Below, one piece after another: positions 37,867 to 48,192 of a DNA stretch of 50,073 nt (positions are counted from its first letter, which is position 1; each line of letters starts with the position of its first letter). Source of the stretch: Deltaproteobacteria bacterium (lineage in GTDB: Bacteria > Myxococcota_A > UBA9160 > SMWR01); the NCBI GenBank assembly GCA_032128115.1, contig JAQBHB010000015.1, positions 1 through 50,073 of the forward strand, read 5' to 3'. Under the pieces are notes generated by a model. That model ran no database searches, had not been told where the DNA came from, and worked only from the letters and a program-made list of their open reading frames with translations. A program made the translations under genes and the position numbers.

Positions 37867-39363
37867 ATGCCCCCGTCCGCAGACGACCGCGACCACGAGC
37901 GACGAGACACCGCCACCACCGAGGGGATCGACGAGATCACCGACCCGGAGGCGGCGCCGGCGCTTCCGGCCGCCACCCTGGCCCGGGGTGCAGCGAGCCT
38001 CGCCGTTGCGGCACCGGCCCGGGTCCACGATTCGTACCGAGCGATCTGGTCGCTGTCGTGGCCGGTGATGCTGGCTCAGGTCCTGGCCAACGGCGTGAGC
38101 CTGATCGACATCGCGATGGTGGGGCGCCTGGGCTCGGATTCGGTGGCGGCGGCCGGCTACGCCATCCAGTTCTTCTGGCTGGCCCAATCGGCCCTGTTCG
38201 CCGTGGGCGCCGCCTGCGTTGCGCTGATGGCGCGAGCCATCGGCGCCGGCGACCCCCTGCGGGCGCGGCGCGCCCTGGCCGCGTCGCTCGAGGCCGCCGG
38301 TGTCACCGCGCTCGTCGTCACCGCCGCCGTGCTCGTCGCCCCGGATGCCCTGCTGCGCGCACTGGGGGCGCAAGACGCGATCATCGCGCTCACGGTTCCC
38401 TACCTGAACTTCCTGCTGGGCTCGTCGTTGCTGCTCTCTCTCTCCATGACCCTGGAAGCCGGGATGCGCGCCGACAAGGACACGCGCACGCCCATGCGAA
38501 TCGCGGTAGTGGTGACCCTCGTGAAGATCGCACTCAACTTCGTGCTGATCTTCGGCTCCCTGGGTTTCCCGCAGCTAGGCCTGGTGGGTGCCGGCATCGC
38601 CACCGCCATCTCCCAGATCGTGGGCGTCGTGCTGTTCGGCGTGGCCATCGCGCGCCTGTCCCGCAACTCGTCCCTGGCCCTGCGTTGGGACGACTTCGCC
38701 AGCGCCCGGGGACTCCGGCGCGAGGTGGCGCGCATCGCGCTGCCCGGCGTCGCCGAACGACTGGTGATGAACCTGGCGATCCTGGCGTATTTCCGCGTGC
38801 TGTCCGAATACGGCGCCGTGGCCGTCGCCGCCTACACGGTGGGAATCCGCCTGCTGTCGTTCTCGTGGATTCCCGGTGCGAGCTTCGGAACCGCCACCGC
38901 CACGCTGGTGGGCCAGGCCCTGGGCGCCCGCGACGAGCGCGGGGCCGCTCGCGCCGGCTGGCGGGCCACGCGTCTGGCCCTGGCGGTGGCAGTCACCCTG
39001 GGCGCCGTCTGCGGCCTCGCGCGCGAGCCCCTGGCCCGCTTGTTCACCAACGACGCCGCCCTGGTGGCCGAGCTGGGTCCCTTCCTGTTGGTGCTGGCCC
39101 TGGCGCAGCCCTTTCTCCAGACCCACTTCACGCTGGGCGGCGCCCACCGGGGCGCCGGCGACACCTGGACCCCGCTGGTGGCAGCCGCCGTGGGCAACTG
39201 GATCCTGCGCGTGCCCCTCGCGATTCTGTTCGGCATCGGCCTGGGCTGGCCCGTGATCTGGGTCTGGGCAGCCATCCTGTTCGACCACCTGGCGCGAACC
39301 CTCTGGCTGGCGTGGTCGTTCCGGCGCGGGAACTGGCGCCACAGCCTGCCCCTCCCGAGCTGA
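37867..39363 (+). CDS. MATE family transporter
   Basis: IDIAMVGRLG, DTRTPM, LGLVGAGIAT, LVGQALGA and RGAGDT; about 12 TM segments. Confidence 0.92.
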   Translation: MPPSADDRDHERRDTATTEGIDEITDPEAAPALPAATLARGAASLAVAAPARVHDSYRAIWSLSWPVMLAQVLANGVSLIDIAMVGRLGSDSVAAAGYAIQFFWLAQSALFAVGAACVALMARAIGAGDPLRARRALAASLEAAGVTALVVTAAVLVAPDALLRALGAQDAIIALTVPYLNFLLGSSLLLSLSMTLEAGMRADKDTRTPMRIAVVVTLVKIALNFVLIFGSLGFPQLGLVGAGIATAISQIVGVVLFGVAIARLSRNSSLALRWDDFASARGLRREVARIALPGVAERLVMNLAILAYFRVLSEYGAVAVAAYTVGIRLLSFSWIPGASFGTATATLVGQALGARDERGAARAGWRATRLALAVAVTLGAVCGLAREPLARLFTNDAALVAELGPFLLVLALAQPFLQTHFTLGGAHRGAGDTWTPLVAAAVGNWILRVPLAILFGIGLGWPVIWVWAAILFDHLARTLWLAWSFRRGNWRHSLPLPS

Positions 39364-39401
39364 CACGCCCCGGGGTTCGTAGCGACCGCTACCCTGCCCG
39401 G

Positions 39402-40934
39402 GTGGTGAGCGATCCCGCGCTGCGACTCCCGGCAGTCTTCGCCCTGATCGCTGCGGCTCTCGTCGCCTTCAACCATCCCCACCTCAGCGACCCGCCCTAC
39501 TGGGATGCCGTCACCGGCGTCTACACCCAGGGCGCGTGGCTGCAGCAGAACGGCTTCGACTTCACGCGGTTGGCGCGGGAGCCCGACTACGTCCACGGGG
39601 GCCCCAACTACAACGTGCTGCTGCTGCACGCGCCGCTCTTCGCGGCCCTGGGACTCGCGCTGCCACCCAAGGGCGTGTTCCTCGTGCTGCACCTGCTGAA
39701 CGTGGGGCTGTCGGCCCTGGCCCTCACCTTCGGCTTCGCGCTCCTGCGCCGCCGCCTGCCCTTCGCGCTGGCCGGGATGTGGGTGCTGGCGGCCGCCTGC
39801 AATCCGGTGTGGAGCGGACAGACCGCGGCCATCTACCTGGAGGTCCCGGTGGCCGCCGCCGTGTGCGTGTCCTTGTGGTGGTTTTCGAGGGGCCGCTACC
39901 GCGCCGCCGCACTGGCCTGCATCGTCGGCTATTTCGTAAAGGACGCGATCCTGATCCTGGCCGCCGCCTACGCGACGTTCGCCGTGGTCGCCGCCGGGTT
40001 GCAGCGATTGAACCGCGGCGCGGCCCACGCCATCGCGCCACGCGACCTGATCGTGCTGGCCTCGCCGCTGGTTGTGTTGCTGGGGCTCAGCGCGGTGAGC
40101 GCCACCTATCTGGAGGCGTCGTGGGATTTCCCCGCCCAGATGGCGGATCTGTTCGGGAAGGGAAAGATCCTGTTTCCCGATCTGATGGCGGTGACTGCAG
40201 TCGCGGGGCTGCTGTTCGCCGCGCGGGTGTTCGCCTGGGTGAGCGGTCGGCTCGACTGGCGCAACGACCCGGATCTTCCGCTGCTGCTGCTGCTGGCCAT
40301 CCTGACCGGGGGTTTCTGGGCGGCCATGGTCTCCTATTTCCACCCGCTGGTCCGCTACACCACCTTCATCCTGATCCCGCTCCTGGTGGGCGTGGGTCTG
40401 ATGCTGGCGCGGGACCGGCCCATCTCGCTGGGCCTCGCGGCCGGTCTGGCGGTGTTCGGCGCGGCCAACCAGCAGGGCGCACTACTCGGCCGCGTCCCCT
40501 TCTACGCCTCGCGCTCGGGTCATTATCTGGAGCGCAGCCGGGAGTTCCTGAAGGACCTGCGCAGCAACCAGGCCATCTGCGCGAGACTCGAATCCGAGTT
40601 TGCCCACGTGCCGATCGTCACCAAGTACCCGTTCACCCAGATGCTGCGCCGGCCCGAGTTCGGCTACGTGGGCGAGCCCCTGGAGGACGTGGTGGTGATG
40701 GGCCGGGTCCCCCTGATTGCCAGGGCCAACCCCTACCGGCCCGAGCGACCCCTGCCCCCGGAGACTCTCTACGTCTTCAGTCCCAACCTCTTCGAGGCCA
40801 CCTGGCAGCCGAGCCTCCAGCCGAGGGAGAGCGACGAACGCGTGATGGTGGAAAGCAACGGCCTCTCGGAGCCGGTCGTGGTGTATCGGAGATCGGCCGA
40901 CGAAGGACGGGGACCCTCGGGCACCCGCCTGTGA
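39402..40934 (+). CDS. multi-TM membrane protein, GT-C-like
   Basis: PPYWDA in the first loop, about 11 hydrophobic segments, YLEVP and LVRY, soluble C-terminal tail; GTG start 6 nt after TACCCT. Confidence 0.65.
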   Translation: MVSDPALRLPAVFALIAAALVAFNHPHLSDPPYWDAVTGVYTQGAWLQQNGFDFTRLAREPDYVHGGPNYNVLLLHAPLFAALGLALPPKGVFLVLHLLNVGLSALALTFGFALLRRRLPFALAGMWVLAAACNPVWSGQTAAIYLEVPVAAAVCVSLWWFSRGRYRAAALACIVGYFVKDAILILAAAYATFAVVAAGLQRLNRGAAHAIAPRDLIVLASPLVVLLGLSAVSATYLEASWDFPAQMADLFGKGKILFPDLMAVTAVAGLLFAARVFAWVSGRLDWRNDPDLPLLLLLAILTGGFWAAMVSYFHPLVRYTTFILIPLLVGVGLMLARDRPISLGLAAGLAVFGAANQQGALLGRVPFYASRSGHYLERSREFLKDLRSNQAICARLESEFAHVPIVTKYPFTQMLRRPEFGYVGEPLEDVVVMGRVPLIARANPYRPERPLPPETLYVFSPNLFEATWQPSLQPRESDERVMVESNGLSEPVVVYRRSADEGRGPSGTRL

Positions 40935-40980
40935 GCTATCCTGTACCCCGCGGGGACAAACCCTTCGAGTTGTCGTTGTA

Positions 40981-41982
40981 ATGGAGGCGGCGCGTCCTGT
41001 AATCCCAATGGCGGTGGATACTTCCGGGACATCTCTGGAATCGGGGCTGGAGCTTTCCTTCGTCATCCCCGTCTACAACGGCGGCTCCGCACTGGTCGGC
41101 GTCGTGGAGAAGATCCACTCCTTCTTCAGCGACTTCGACTTCGAGGTGGTACTGGTCAACGACGGCTCAAAGGACGACTCGGAACAGATCTGCCGGGGCC
41201 TGGCCGAGGCCCACCCGGAGACGCTGACCTTCGTGCACCTGGCCCGGAACTTCGGGGAGCACAACGCGGTGCTTGCGGGCCTGAACCACGCCGTCGGCCG
41301 CTACGTGGCCGTTCTCGACGACGATGGCCAGAACCCGCCCGAGGAAGTCCTGCGCCTGTACGACGAGGCCCGGGCGAAAAACTACGACGTGGTCTACGGG
41401 CGCTACCGGGCCAAGCACCACAGCCGCTTCCGCAACTGGGGCAGCGCCTTCAACGACCGGATCGCCAACTGGCTGCTGCGCAAGCCGCCGGAGCTGTACC
41501 TCTCGAGCTTCAAGGTCATGAACCGCTTCGTGGTAGACGAGATCACCCAGTACCGTGGCGCATTCCCCTACATCGACGGCCTGATCCTGCGCACCACCCG
41601 CAACCTGGGCCAGACCGAGGTGGAGCACCGGGATCGCGAGGGCGCGAAGTCGAACTACACGCTCACCAAATTGTTCGTGCTGTGGCTGAACATGTTCCTG
41701 AATTTCTCGATCGTGCCCCTGCGGGTGTCGGCCCTGCTGGGTCTGGTGACCTCCGGGATGTCGCTGCTGCTGCTGGGGGCCATCGTGATCGACAAGCTCT
41801 TCATCAATCCCGACGTGACCGTGGGTCTGGCCACGGTCCTGGTGATCGTGACCCTGTTCGCCGGTGTCCAGCTCGTGATCCTGGGCGCCATTGGCGAGTA
41901 CCTGGGGCGCCTGTTCCTGGATCACTCGAAGACACCCCAGTTCGTGGTGCGTTACGTCATGAAGCCGATGAAGCGACCGTGA
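40981..41982 (+). CDS. GT2 undecaprenyl-phosphate glycosyltransferase (ArnC/GtrB-like)
   Basis: VIPVYNG, NDGSKD, RNFGEHNA, DDDGQNPP, two C-terminal TM segments and GEYLGR; start may be 41008. Confidence 0.9.
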   Translation: MEAARPVIPMAVDTSGTSLESGLELSFVIPVYNGGSALVGVVEKIHSFFSDFDFEVVLVNDGSKDDSEQICRGLAEAHPETLTFVHLARNFGEHNAVLAGLNHAVGRYVAVLDDDGQNPPEEVLRLYDEARAKNYDVVYGRYRAKHHSRFRNWGSAFNDRIANWLLRKPPELYLSSFKVMNRFVVDEITQYRGAFPYIDGLILRTTRNLGQTEVEHRDREGAKSNYTLTKLFVLWLNMFLNFSIVPLRVSALLGLVTSGMSLLLLGAIVIDKLFINPDVTVGLATVLVIVTLFAGVQLVILGAIGEYLGRLFLDHSKTPQFVVRYVMKPMKRP

Positions 41983-42962
41983 GCGGCTTCTACGCCGGCA
42001 AGCGCGTTCTGGTCACCGGGGGTCTGGGCTTCATCGGCAGCAACATCGCCCTGCGGTTGGTCGAGCTGGGTTCCCACGTCACGCTGGTGGACTCGATGCT
42101 GCCCGCCTACGGCGCCACGCTCCGCAACATCGAACCCATCCGGGATCGCGTCCACGTGAACTTTTCCGACGTCCGGGACCAGCACAGCCTCCGCTATATC
42201 GTCCGGGACCAGGACCTGATCTTCAGCCTCGCCGGTCAGATCAGCCACAGCGAGAGCATGCGCGATCCCATGACCGATCTCGAGATCAACTGCCACAGCC
42301 AGCTCTCGCTGCTGGAGTGCTGCCGACACGGCAACCCGGACGCCAGGATCGTGTTCGCCAGCACGCGACAGATCTACGGCCGCCCCCAATACCTGCCGGT
42401 GGACGAGAAGCACCCACTGACACCCGTGGACGTGAACGGCATCAACAACCTGGCTGCCGAGATGTACTACACGCTCTACCACGACGTGTACGGCATGGCC
42501 TCGGTGAGCCTGCGCCTCACCAACACCTACGGCCCGCGCATGGAGCTGGCCAACGACAAGAAGGGATTCGCGGGGATCTTCATCCGCAAGGCACTGGCCG
42601 GCGAAACCATCCGCTTGTACGGCACTGGCGAGCAACGACGCGACTTCAATCACGTAGACGACGTGGTGGAGGCCCTGCTGATCGCCGGCGAGAACGAAGC
42701 CGTCCACGGGGATGTCTTCAACCTGGGCCACCCCGAGCCCCGCAGCCTGCTGGCGTTCGTGGAGACCCTGCGGGAGTTCGCCGATTTCGAGGTGGAGAAC
42801 GTGCCGTTCCCGGCCGAGGCAAAGGCCATCGACATTGGCGACTACTACGGCGACTTCTCGAAATTTCGCGAGGCCACCGGCTGGTCGCCCCGGGTCGATC
42901 TGCGCGCCGGCCTGGAGCAGACCCTGGACCATTACCGGAAGCTGGGCGACGAGGCGGAGTAG
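41979..42962 (+). CDS. extended SDR NAD-dependent epimerase/dehydratase with atypical active site
   Basis: TGGLGFIG, LTNTYGP and RDFNHVDD; NGINN sits at the YxxxK position; GTGA overlap with the GT2. Confidence 0.88.
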   Translation: MSGFYAGKRVLVTGGLGFIGSNIALRLVELGSHVTLVDSMLPAYGATLRNIEPIRDRVHVNFSDVRDQHSLRYIVRDQDLIFSLAGQISHSESMRDPMTDLEINCHSQLSLLECCRHGNPDARIVFASTRQIYGRPQYLPVDEKHPLTPVDVNGINNLAAEMYYTLYHDVYGMASVSLRLTNTYGPRMELANDKKGFAGIFIRKALAGETIRLYGTGEQRRDFNHVDDVVEALLIAGENEAVHGDVFNLGHPEPRSLLAFVETLREFADFEVENVPFPAEAKAIDIGDYYGDFSKFREATGWSPRVDLRAGLEQTLDHYRKLGDEAE

Positions 42963-42967
42963 CCGGC

Positions 42968-44062
42968 GTGGTGGACTACTTCGACTACCGCCCCGGCCTG
43001 CTCCGCCACCGGGACGAGATCGACCGGGCGATCGCCCGCGTTCTGGATTCCGGCCAGCTGGTGCTGGGCCCGGAAGGGGCGGCCTTCGAACGCGAGTTCG
43101 CCGAGTACGTGGGCTCCCCCCACGCGGTGGGCGTGGGCTCGGGCACCGATGCCCTGGTGCTGGCCCTGCGCGCCCTCGGGATCGGCCCCGGCGACGAGGT
43201 GATCACCGTGGCCAACGCCGGCGTGCCGCCGGTGGCCGCCATCCGCGCCACCGGTGCCATACCGCGCTTCGTGGACGTGCGGGCCGACAGCCGTGTCATG
43301 GACCCTGACCTGCTGGGCGCGGCGATCACGGGGCGCACGCGCGCGATCCTGCCCGTCCACCTGTATGGACAGCCGGCCGACCTGGATGCAATCTCACGCT
43401 GCGCCTCGGATGGCGGCCTGCACCTGCTGGAGGACTGCGCCCAGGCCCACGGGGCCCTCTACCGGGGTGCGCACGTGGGGGGCACGGGCAGCTTCGGCTG
43501 CTTCTCGTTCTACCCCACCAAGAACCTGGGGGCCCTGGGCGACGGGGGCATGGCCGTGACCGGAGACGCAGCCCGGGCGGAACAGCTGGGGATGTTGCGG
43601 ATGTACGGCTATCGCGGCGATCGCCACGCCCACTGCGAGGGCTTGATGAGCCGCCTCGATGAGCTGCAGGCGGCCGTGCTGCGGGTGGGGCTGCGCCACC
43701 TGGACGAGTCGCTGGCGGCCCGCCGCGCCCTGGCCCGCCAATACCGGGAGGGCCTGGTCGGCTGCGGTTATGCCCTGCCCCACGAGATCGAGGGCACGAC
43801 CCATGCCTACCACGTGTTCGTCATCGAGGCGCCGGAGCGGACACGGGTGACCGATGCCCTGAAACGAGCCGGCATCGGATTCGCCATCCACTACCCGGAG
43901 CCGGTGCACCAGATGGAGGCCTACGGCTTCCTGGGCTACGGCGAGGGCGACCTGCCCGTGAGCGAGGCCAGCGCGAGTCGGGTGCTGTCGCTCCCCCTGT
44001 ACCCGGGCCTCGCGGCCGAAGACGTGGATCGGGTGATCGAGGTGCTGCGCTCCGCGGCCTGA
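42968..44062 (+). CDS. DegT/DnrJ/EryC1/StrS sugar aminotransferase
   Basis: GSGTDAL, PVHLYG, EDCAQAHG and FSFYPTKNLG (PLP lysine). Confidence 0.93.
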   Translation: MVDYFDYRPGLLRHRDEIDRAIARVLDSGQLVLGPEGAAFEREFAEYVGSPHAVGVGSGTDALVLALRALGIGPGDEVITVANAGVPPVAAIRATGAIPRFVDVRADSRVMDPDLLGAAITGRTRAILPVHLYGQPADLDAISRCASDGGLHLLEDCAQAHGALYRGAHVGGTGSFGCFSFYPTKNLGALGDGGMAVTGDAARAEQLGMLRMYGYRGDRHAHCEGLMSRLDELQAAVLRVGLRHLDESLAARRALARQYREGLVGCGYALPHEIEGTTHAYHVFVIEAPERTRVTDALKRAGIGFAIHYPEPVHQMEAYGFLGYGEGDLPVSEASASRVLSLPLYPGLAAEDVDRVIEVLRSAA

Positions 44063-44082
44063 TTCGCGAGGCTCGTGCCGAC

Positions 44083-44856
44083 ATGAATCGCGGTGAGTAC
44101 GAGGTCATGGCGCGGGTCGAGGCGCACCACTGGTGGTATTGCGGCCTGCGCGACCTGCTGGCCCGTTGTCTGCGCCACCCGGACCTGGCGCTTCCCGCCG
44201 AACCCCGGATCCTGGACGCCGGCTGCGGCACCGGGGGCAACCTGAGCTTCCTCCACGATCTGCTGCAGCCGTCCTACCTGGGCGGCTTCGACCTGTCGCC
44301 GGACGCGCTCGAACACGCCCGCCGCAAGGGGTCCGGCGCCGATGTCTACGCGAGCGACGTATGCGACCCGATCGTGCACGTGGACGAGCTCGACCTGGTG
44401 GTGAGCCTGGACGTGATCTACATCCCCGGGGCGGCACGCGCCCGAGAGGGTCTGCGCCACCTGGTGTCGTGCCTGCGCCCGGGCGGATTGTTCGTCCTGA
44501 ACCTTCCCGCCTTCGACTGGCTCTACAGCGAGCACGACGTGGCCGTGCACACCCAGGAGCGTTTCACGACGGCGGGCGTGCGCGAGCTGCTGGAGGGGCT
44601 GGAGCTTTCGGTGGCGCGACTCAGCTACCGGGTCTGCGCCCTGTTTCCGGCCGTGCTGCTGGCACGCCTGCCCCAGAAGTTGCGCACCACTCCGGATGCG
44701 AGCCGGGCTCGTTCGGACCTGCACCAGATTCCGGGCCCGTTCCTGAACCGTCTTCTCGCGGGCGTGCTGGCCGCCGAGAACCGGGTCCTCGCCCGGGGAG
44801 TGTCGCTCCCATTCGGCAGCTCGGTCTTCGCCATCGGAAGGAAGCCCGCCCCGTGA
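44083..44856 (+). CDS. class I SAM-dependent methyltransferase
   Basis: EAHHWWY, ILDAGCGTG, LRPGG and SEHD. Confidence 0.88.
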   Translation: MNRGEYEVMARVEAHHWWYCGLRDLLARCLRHPDLALPAEPRILDAGCGTGGNLSFLHDLLQPSYLGGFDLSPDALEHARRKGSGADVYASDVCDPIVHVDELDLVVSLDVIYIPGAARAREGLRHLVSCLRPGGLFVLNLPAFDWLYSEHDVAVHTQERFTTAGVRELLEGLELSVARLSYRVCALFPAVLLARLPQKLRTTPDASRARSDLHQIPGPFLNRLLAGVLAAENRVLARGVSLPFGSSVFAIGRKPAP

Positions 44857-45878
44857 CGGCCTCGGTCGGTCGACGCGCGGGACTACTCGCCCTCACTGTG
44901 GCGGCAGGCCTCGCGCTCTCGCTTGGGCTGGCGGAGGCGGTGGCCCGGGTCGCCGGCTTCGAGCCCTATCGCACGCCGGACGTTCGGATCCGGGTCGAGC
45001 CGGACGGCGTCTACCAGTCGGGGGATCCAGTCCTGGGCTACCGGCACCTACCGGGCGCCCACCGCATCACGTTCGGGAACGGGGTCTCCTGGACAGCGAC
45101 CCACCGGCCCGACACGCTGCGCATCACGCGCCCACCGGAGGCGGCGGATGCGGGCGACCCACCCGAGATCTGGATCTTCGGCTGCTCGTTCGTGCACGGC
45201 TGGGGGCTCGATGACGAGGACACCTTTCCGTGGCAGCTGCAAGAGCGGCTCCCGAGGCTGCGGGTTCGCAACTTCGGCGTGGGCGGCTACGGCACACTGC
45301 AGTCGCTGCTGCAATTCCGCGAGGCCCTGGCCAGGCGACCGCGACCCGCCGTGGCGGTGCTGGCCTACGCGGGTTTCCACGACGAGCGCAACACGCGCCT
45401 GAGGCGCTGGCGCAAGGCCACGTTCGCCTATAACCGCTTTGGCACCACGGCCCAGCCGTTCGCCCGGCTGCGGAGGGACGGCGAGTTGAGGTACGGATTC
45501 GACGACGGAAGCTACCGCGACATGGCCCTGCTCCGGCACTCGGCGTTCATGACGTTGCTGGACGAGGCATGGAGCGGTCTGGAGGATCGCCTCTACGAGA
45601 GCCACCGGGTCTCGGAGATCCTGGTGGACGAGTTTTCGCGCACCGCCGCGGAACACGACGTCGCCTTCGTATTGGCCGGCATCTCTCGAGAGGCCGGCAC
45701 GCGCGCCATGCTTCGGCACAGCGAGGAAAGCCACGTGGCCGCCGTCGACATCTCCCTGGACCTGCACGAGCGCGGCCTCTCGATCGCCTGGGACGGACAC
45801 CCCAGCGCCGTCGCCACCGAGCGCTACGCCCGCAAGATCGCCCGATACCTCAAAGCCCAGGGCCTGATCCCACCGTAG
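44853..45878 (+). CDS. SGNH/GDSL-like membrane-anchored protein
   Basis: N-terminal TM (LAEAVAR), FGCSFVHG, NFGVGGYG and DGHP; GTGA overlap. Confidence 0.75.
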   Translation: MTASVGRRAGLLALTVAAGLALSLGLAEAVARVAGFEPYRTPDVRIRVEPDGVYQSGDPVLGYRHLPGAHRITFGNGVSWTATHRPDTLRITRPPEAADAGDPPEIWIFGCSFVHGWGLDDEDTFPWQLQERLPRLRVRNFGVGGYGTLQSLLQFREALARRPRPAVAVLAYAGFHDERNTRLRRWRKATFAYNRFGTTAQPFARLRRDGELRYGFDDGSYRDMALLRHSAFMTLLDEAWSGLEDRLYESHRVSEILVDEFSRTAAEHDVAFVLAGISREAGTRAMLRHSEESHVAAVDISLDLHERGLSIAWDGHPSAVATERYARKIARYLKAQGLIPP

Positions 45879-45900
45879 AGAGCCGTGCTCACGGACCCGC

Positions 45901-48192
45901 TCAGGGAACCAGATACTCATCCTTGGGGTAGAGGTCCGTATTGACGTCGCTGATGTGGCCGCGGTCGGCGTCCGGGGGAAGGTACCGCCAGGAACGGCGC
46001 ATGAGGCCGGCCAGCAGGCGCACCGACTCGATTCCGGCTCTACCGTAATAGCGGCGCGCAGCGTCACTGCTGGCGCGTGCCCGCACCGCCTTTCGATCGA
46101 ATTCGATGGGCTCGTTGCTCCCCACGGCCAGGCTCCCGGCCACCCACACATGGGGGAACACCTTCATGAAGGTGGCGCCCGTCCGCTCGGTGGGAACCCA
46201 CGTCACCGCGATGCCCCCGGGCTTGAGGCGGTCGCGGACCAGTTGGAAGAACTCCTCCGAGTACAGGTAGCCGGCGTAGGCACTGGTGGGGCGCAGGGCG
46301 TCGGCCTCGATCACGTCGAACTTGCGATCGCTGCGCAAAAGCCCCGCGCGCCCGTCCGTGAAGCGGTAGTCGATGCGTTCGTCTTCGAGAATCGAGGTGA
46401 GTCCGCCGTAGCGCGAACGCTCGTTGAGCCGCTCCAGGGTCTCGAGCTGCGGCTCGATGATTTCGAAGCACACGATCGACTCCGTTTCCTCGCGTCCGGC
46501 GATGGCGAATAGCGTGTCACCGGAGCCGAGCCCGATCAGCGCCACATCGCGGGGGTTCGGATGCAGAAAGACGGGAAGGCTCCCCAGGTTGGTGTGGATG
46601 CCGCCGTAGGGCACCTGGCCCTGGCCACGTCCGTTGGCGAACAACGAGGCCCGGGCGAATCCGCCCCGGTCGGCCCACAGCAACGACACGCCAGAGCCGT
46701 CCTCCGCCACCAGGATGTCCTCGACCGGCTTGCCGTGAAGCGCCGCCCACAGGCGATCGCGTCCGGGCAACGCCACGATGAGCGCCAACACCGGAACCGC
46801 CACGGCGACCGCAGCGGCGACCCGCACTTTGAGCCCGGAACTCCGGGTCGCCAGGGTTGCGAAGCCCAGCCCGAAGGCCCCCCCCAGCCCCACCAGGATC
46901 TGCAGGGTGGCGGGGGTTCCCAGCTGATCCAGCAGCAGCCAACCGACGCCAATGGCGCCCAGCATGGAGCCGGCGATGTTGGCGGTCTGGAGCCAGCCCA
47001 CGCGGCGGCCCAGGAAGGCCGCGTCGGTCTGCACCACCCTCTGCAGGTAGGGGAAGCAGAGACCCATCAGGAAGGTGGGCGGCCCCACCAGGAACAGGGG
47101 CAGCCACCCGTAGAGCAGGGCCATCTCCGGCGGCGCGGACCCACCGGCGAACAGCGGCTCCAGGTCGATCGGATCGTACTGCGACAGGTGGGCGCCCAGG
47201 CTCTCCAGCACGCCGTCCATGCCGAGAGCCACCACCAGTCCGGCGATCGAAGCTCCCGCGTAGATCCCGATGCCCGCCTGGAAGGCGAAGAAGCTGCGAG
47301 CGGGGTGCGCGGCTCGGCGCGCGAGCGCCACACCCCACAAGCTGCCCAGGGCCAGGCCCGCCAGGTAGATCGCCAAAAGGGTTCCGAACGTGAAGGCCGT
47401 CGCCTTGATCATCACCCCGAGCAGGCGGAACCACACGATCTCGAGGGAAAGCGCCACGAACCCGGACACGGCGTAGACCCCGAGCCAGGCCGGGAACGGC
47501 AGCAGCGATGGCGGCCGGGCGCCGGAAGCCTTCGCGGGGCCAGGTGCCGCGCCGCCCTCCAGGCGCCCCAGGGCCGGCGCCATCGCGAACGCCCCCAACG
47601 CGCACACGGCGTTCAGGAGCGCTCCCAGCCGCAAGCTCCCGTCGAAGCCCAGGTGCCGCACCGCGAACCAGGCCGTGAAGAATGCGCCAAACGCGGCGCC
47701 CAGCGTGTTCCACCCGTAGAGCACCCCCACCCGCGTCGACGCCGTCTCCACGTCGTGGGTAACGGCCGCGGCCAGCAGCGGGAGCGACAGCCCCATGAAG
47801 AACGTGGGCCAGAACAGCGCCGCGAAAAGCACCAGCGCCAGCGACACGGGCGACTCGCCCAGGGCCGGGAGTCGGCCGTACAGCACGTCGTAATACAGCC
47901 ACTTGCTCACCAGGGCGAAGCCGGCCACCGCAGCCTCCGCAGCGCCGAAAAGGAGCAGGCGCCGCGCCGGCGCGACGCGATCCGCGATCTGTCCCCCCGC
48001 CAGGTTGCCCAGGCCCAGTCCCGCCATGAAGGCCGACACGATCAGCGTTACCGAGAACACGTCCACGCCCGAGAACAGGGCGAGAAGGCGCTGCCACACC
48101 ACCTGGTACAGAAGCGCTGCGAAGCCCGATACGAAGAAGAGCCCCGTGACGGCGACGCGCACGCCCACGCCGTTGTCGAACCGCGACCGCAT
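45901..48192 (-). CDS. multi-TM domain fused to a spermidine-synthase-like SAM-binding domain
   Basis: Duplicated SGF(A/V)AL..(Q/E)(V/I)VW.R TM repeats, then LIGLGSGDT, FEI, DGR, DVIEAD and LKPGG. Confidence 0.85.
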   Translation of the reverse strand: MRSRFDNGVGVRVAVTGLFFVSGFAALLYQVVWQRLLALFSGVDVFSVTLIVSAFMAGLGLGNLAGGQIADRVAPARRLLLFGAAEAAVAGFALVSKWLYYDVLYGRLPALGESPVSLALVLFAALFWPTFFMGLSLPLLAAAVTHDVETASTRVGVLYGWNTLGAAFGAFFTAWFAVRHLGFDGSLRLGALLNAVCALGAFAMAPALGRLEGGAAPGPAKASGARPPSLLPFPAWLGVYAVSGFVALSLEIVWFRLLGVMIKATAFTFGTLLAIYLAGLALGSLWGVALARRAAHPARSFFAFQAGIGIYAGASIAGLVVALGMDGVLESLGAHLSQYDPIDLEPLFAGGSAPPEMALLYGWLPLFLVGPPTFLMGLCFPYLQRVVQTDAAFLGRRVGWLQTANIAGSMLGAIGVGWLLLDQLGTPATLQILVGLGGAFGLGFATLATRSSGLKVRVAAAVAVAVPVLALIVALPGRDRLWAALHGKPVEDILVAEDGSGVSLLWADRGGFARASLFANGRGQGQVPYGGIHTNLGSLPVFLHPNPRDVALIGLGSGDTLFAIAGREETESIVCFEIIEPQLETLERLNERSRYGGLTSILEDERIDYRFTDGRAGLLRSDRKFDVIEADALRPTSAYAGYLYSEEFFQLVRDRLKPGGIAVTWVPTERTGATFMKVFPHVWVAGSLAVGSNEPIEFDRKAVRARASSDAARRYYGRAGIESVRLLAGLMRRSWRYLPPDADRGHISDVNTDLYPKDEYLVP

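Noticed and set aside
40981..40993. ATGGAGGCGGCGC matches the tRNA-Cys 3' end region (18396-18408), a possible att site
   Set aside because: The match is only 13 bp in GC-rich DNA and lies on the upstream side of the tRNA; it would enclose core genes and there is no integrase.
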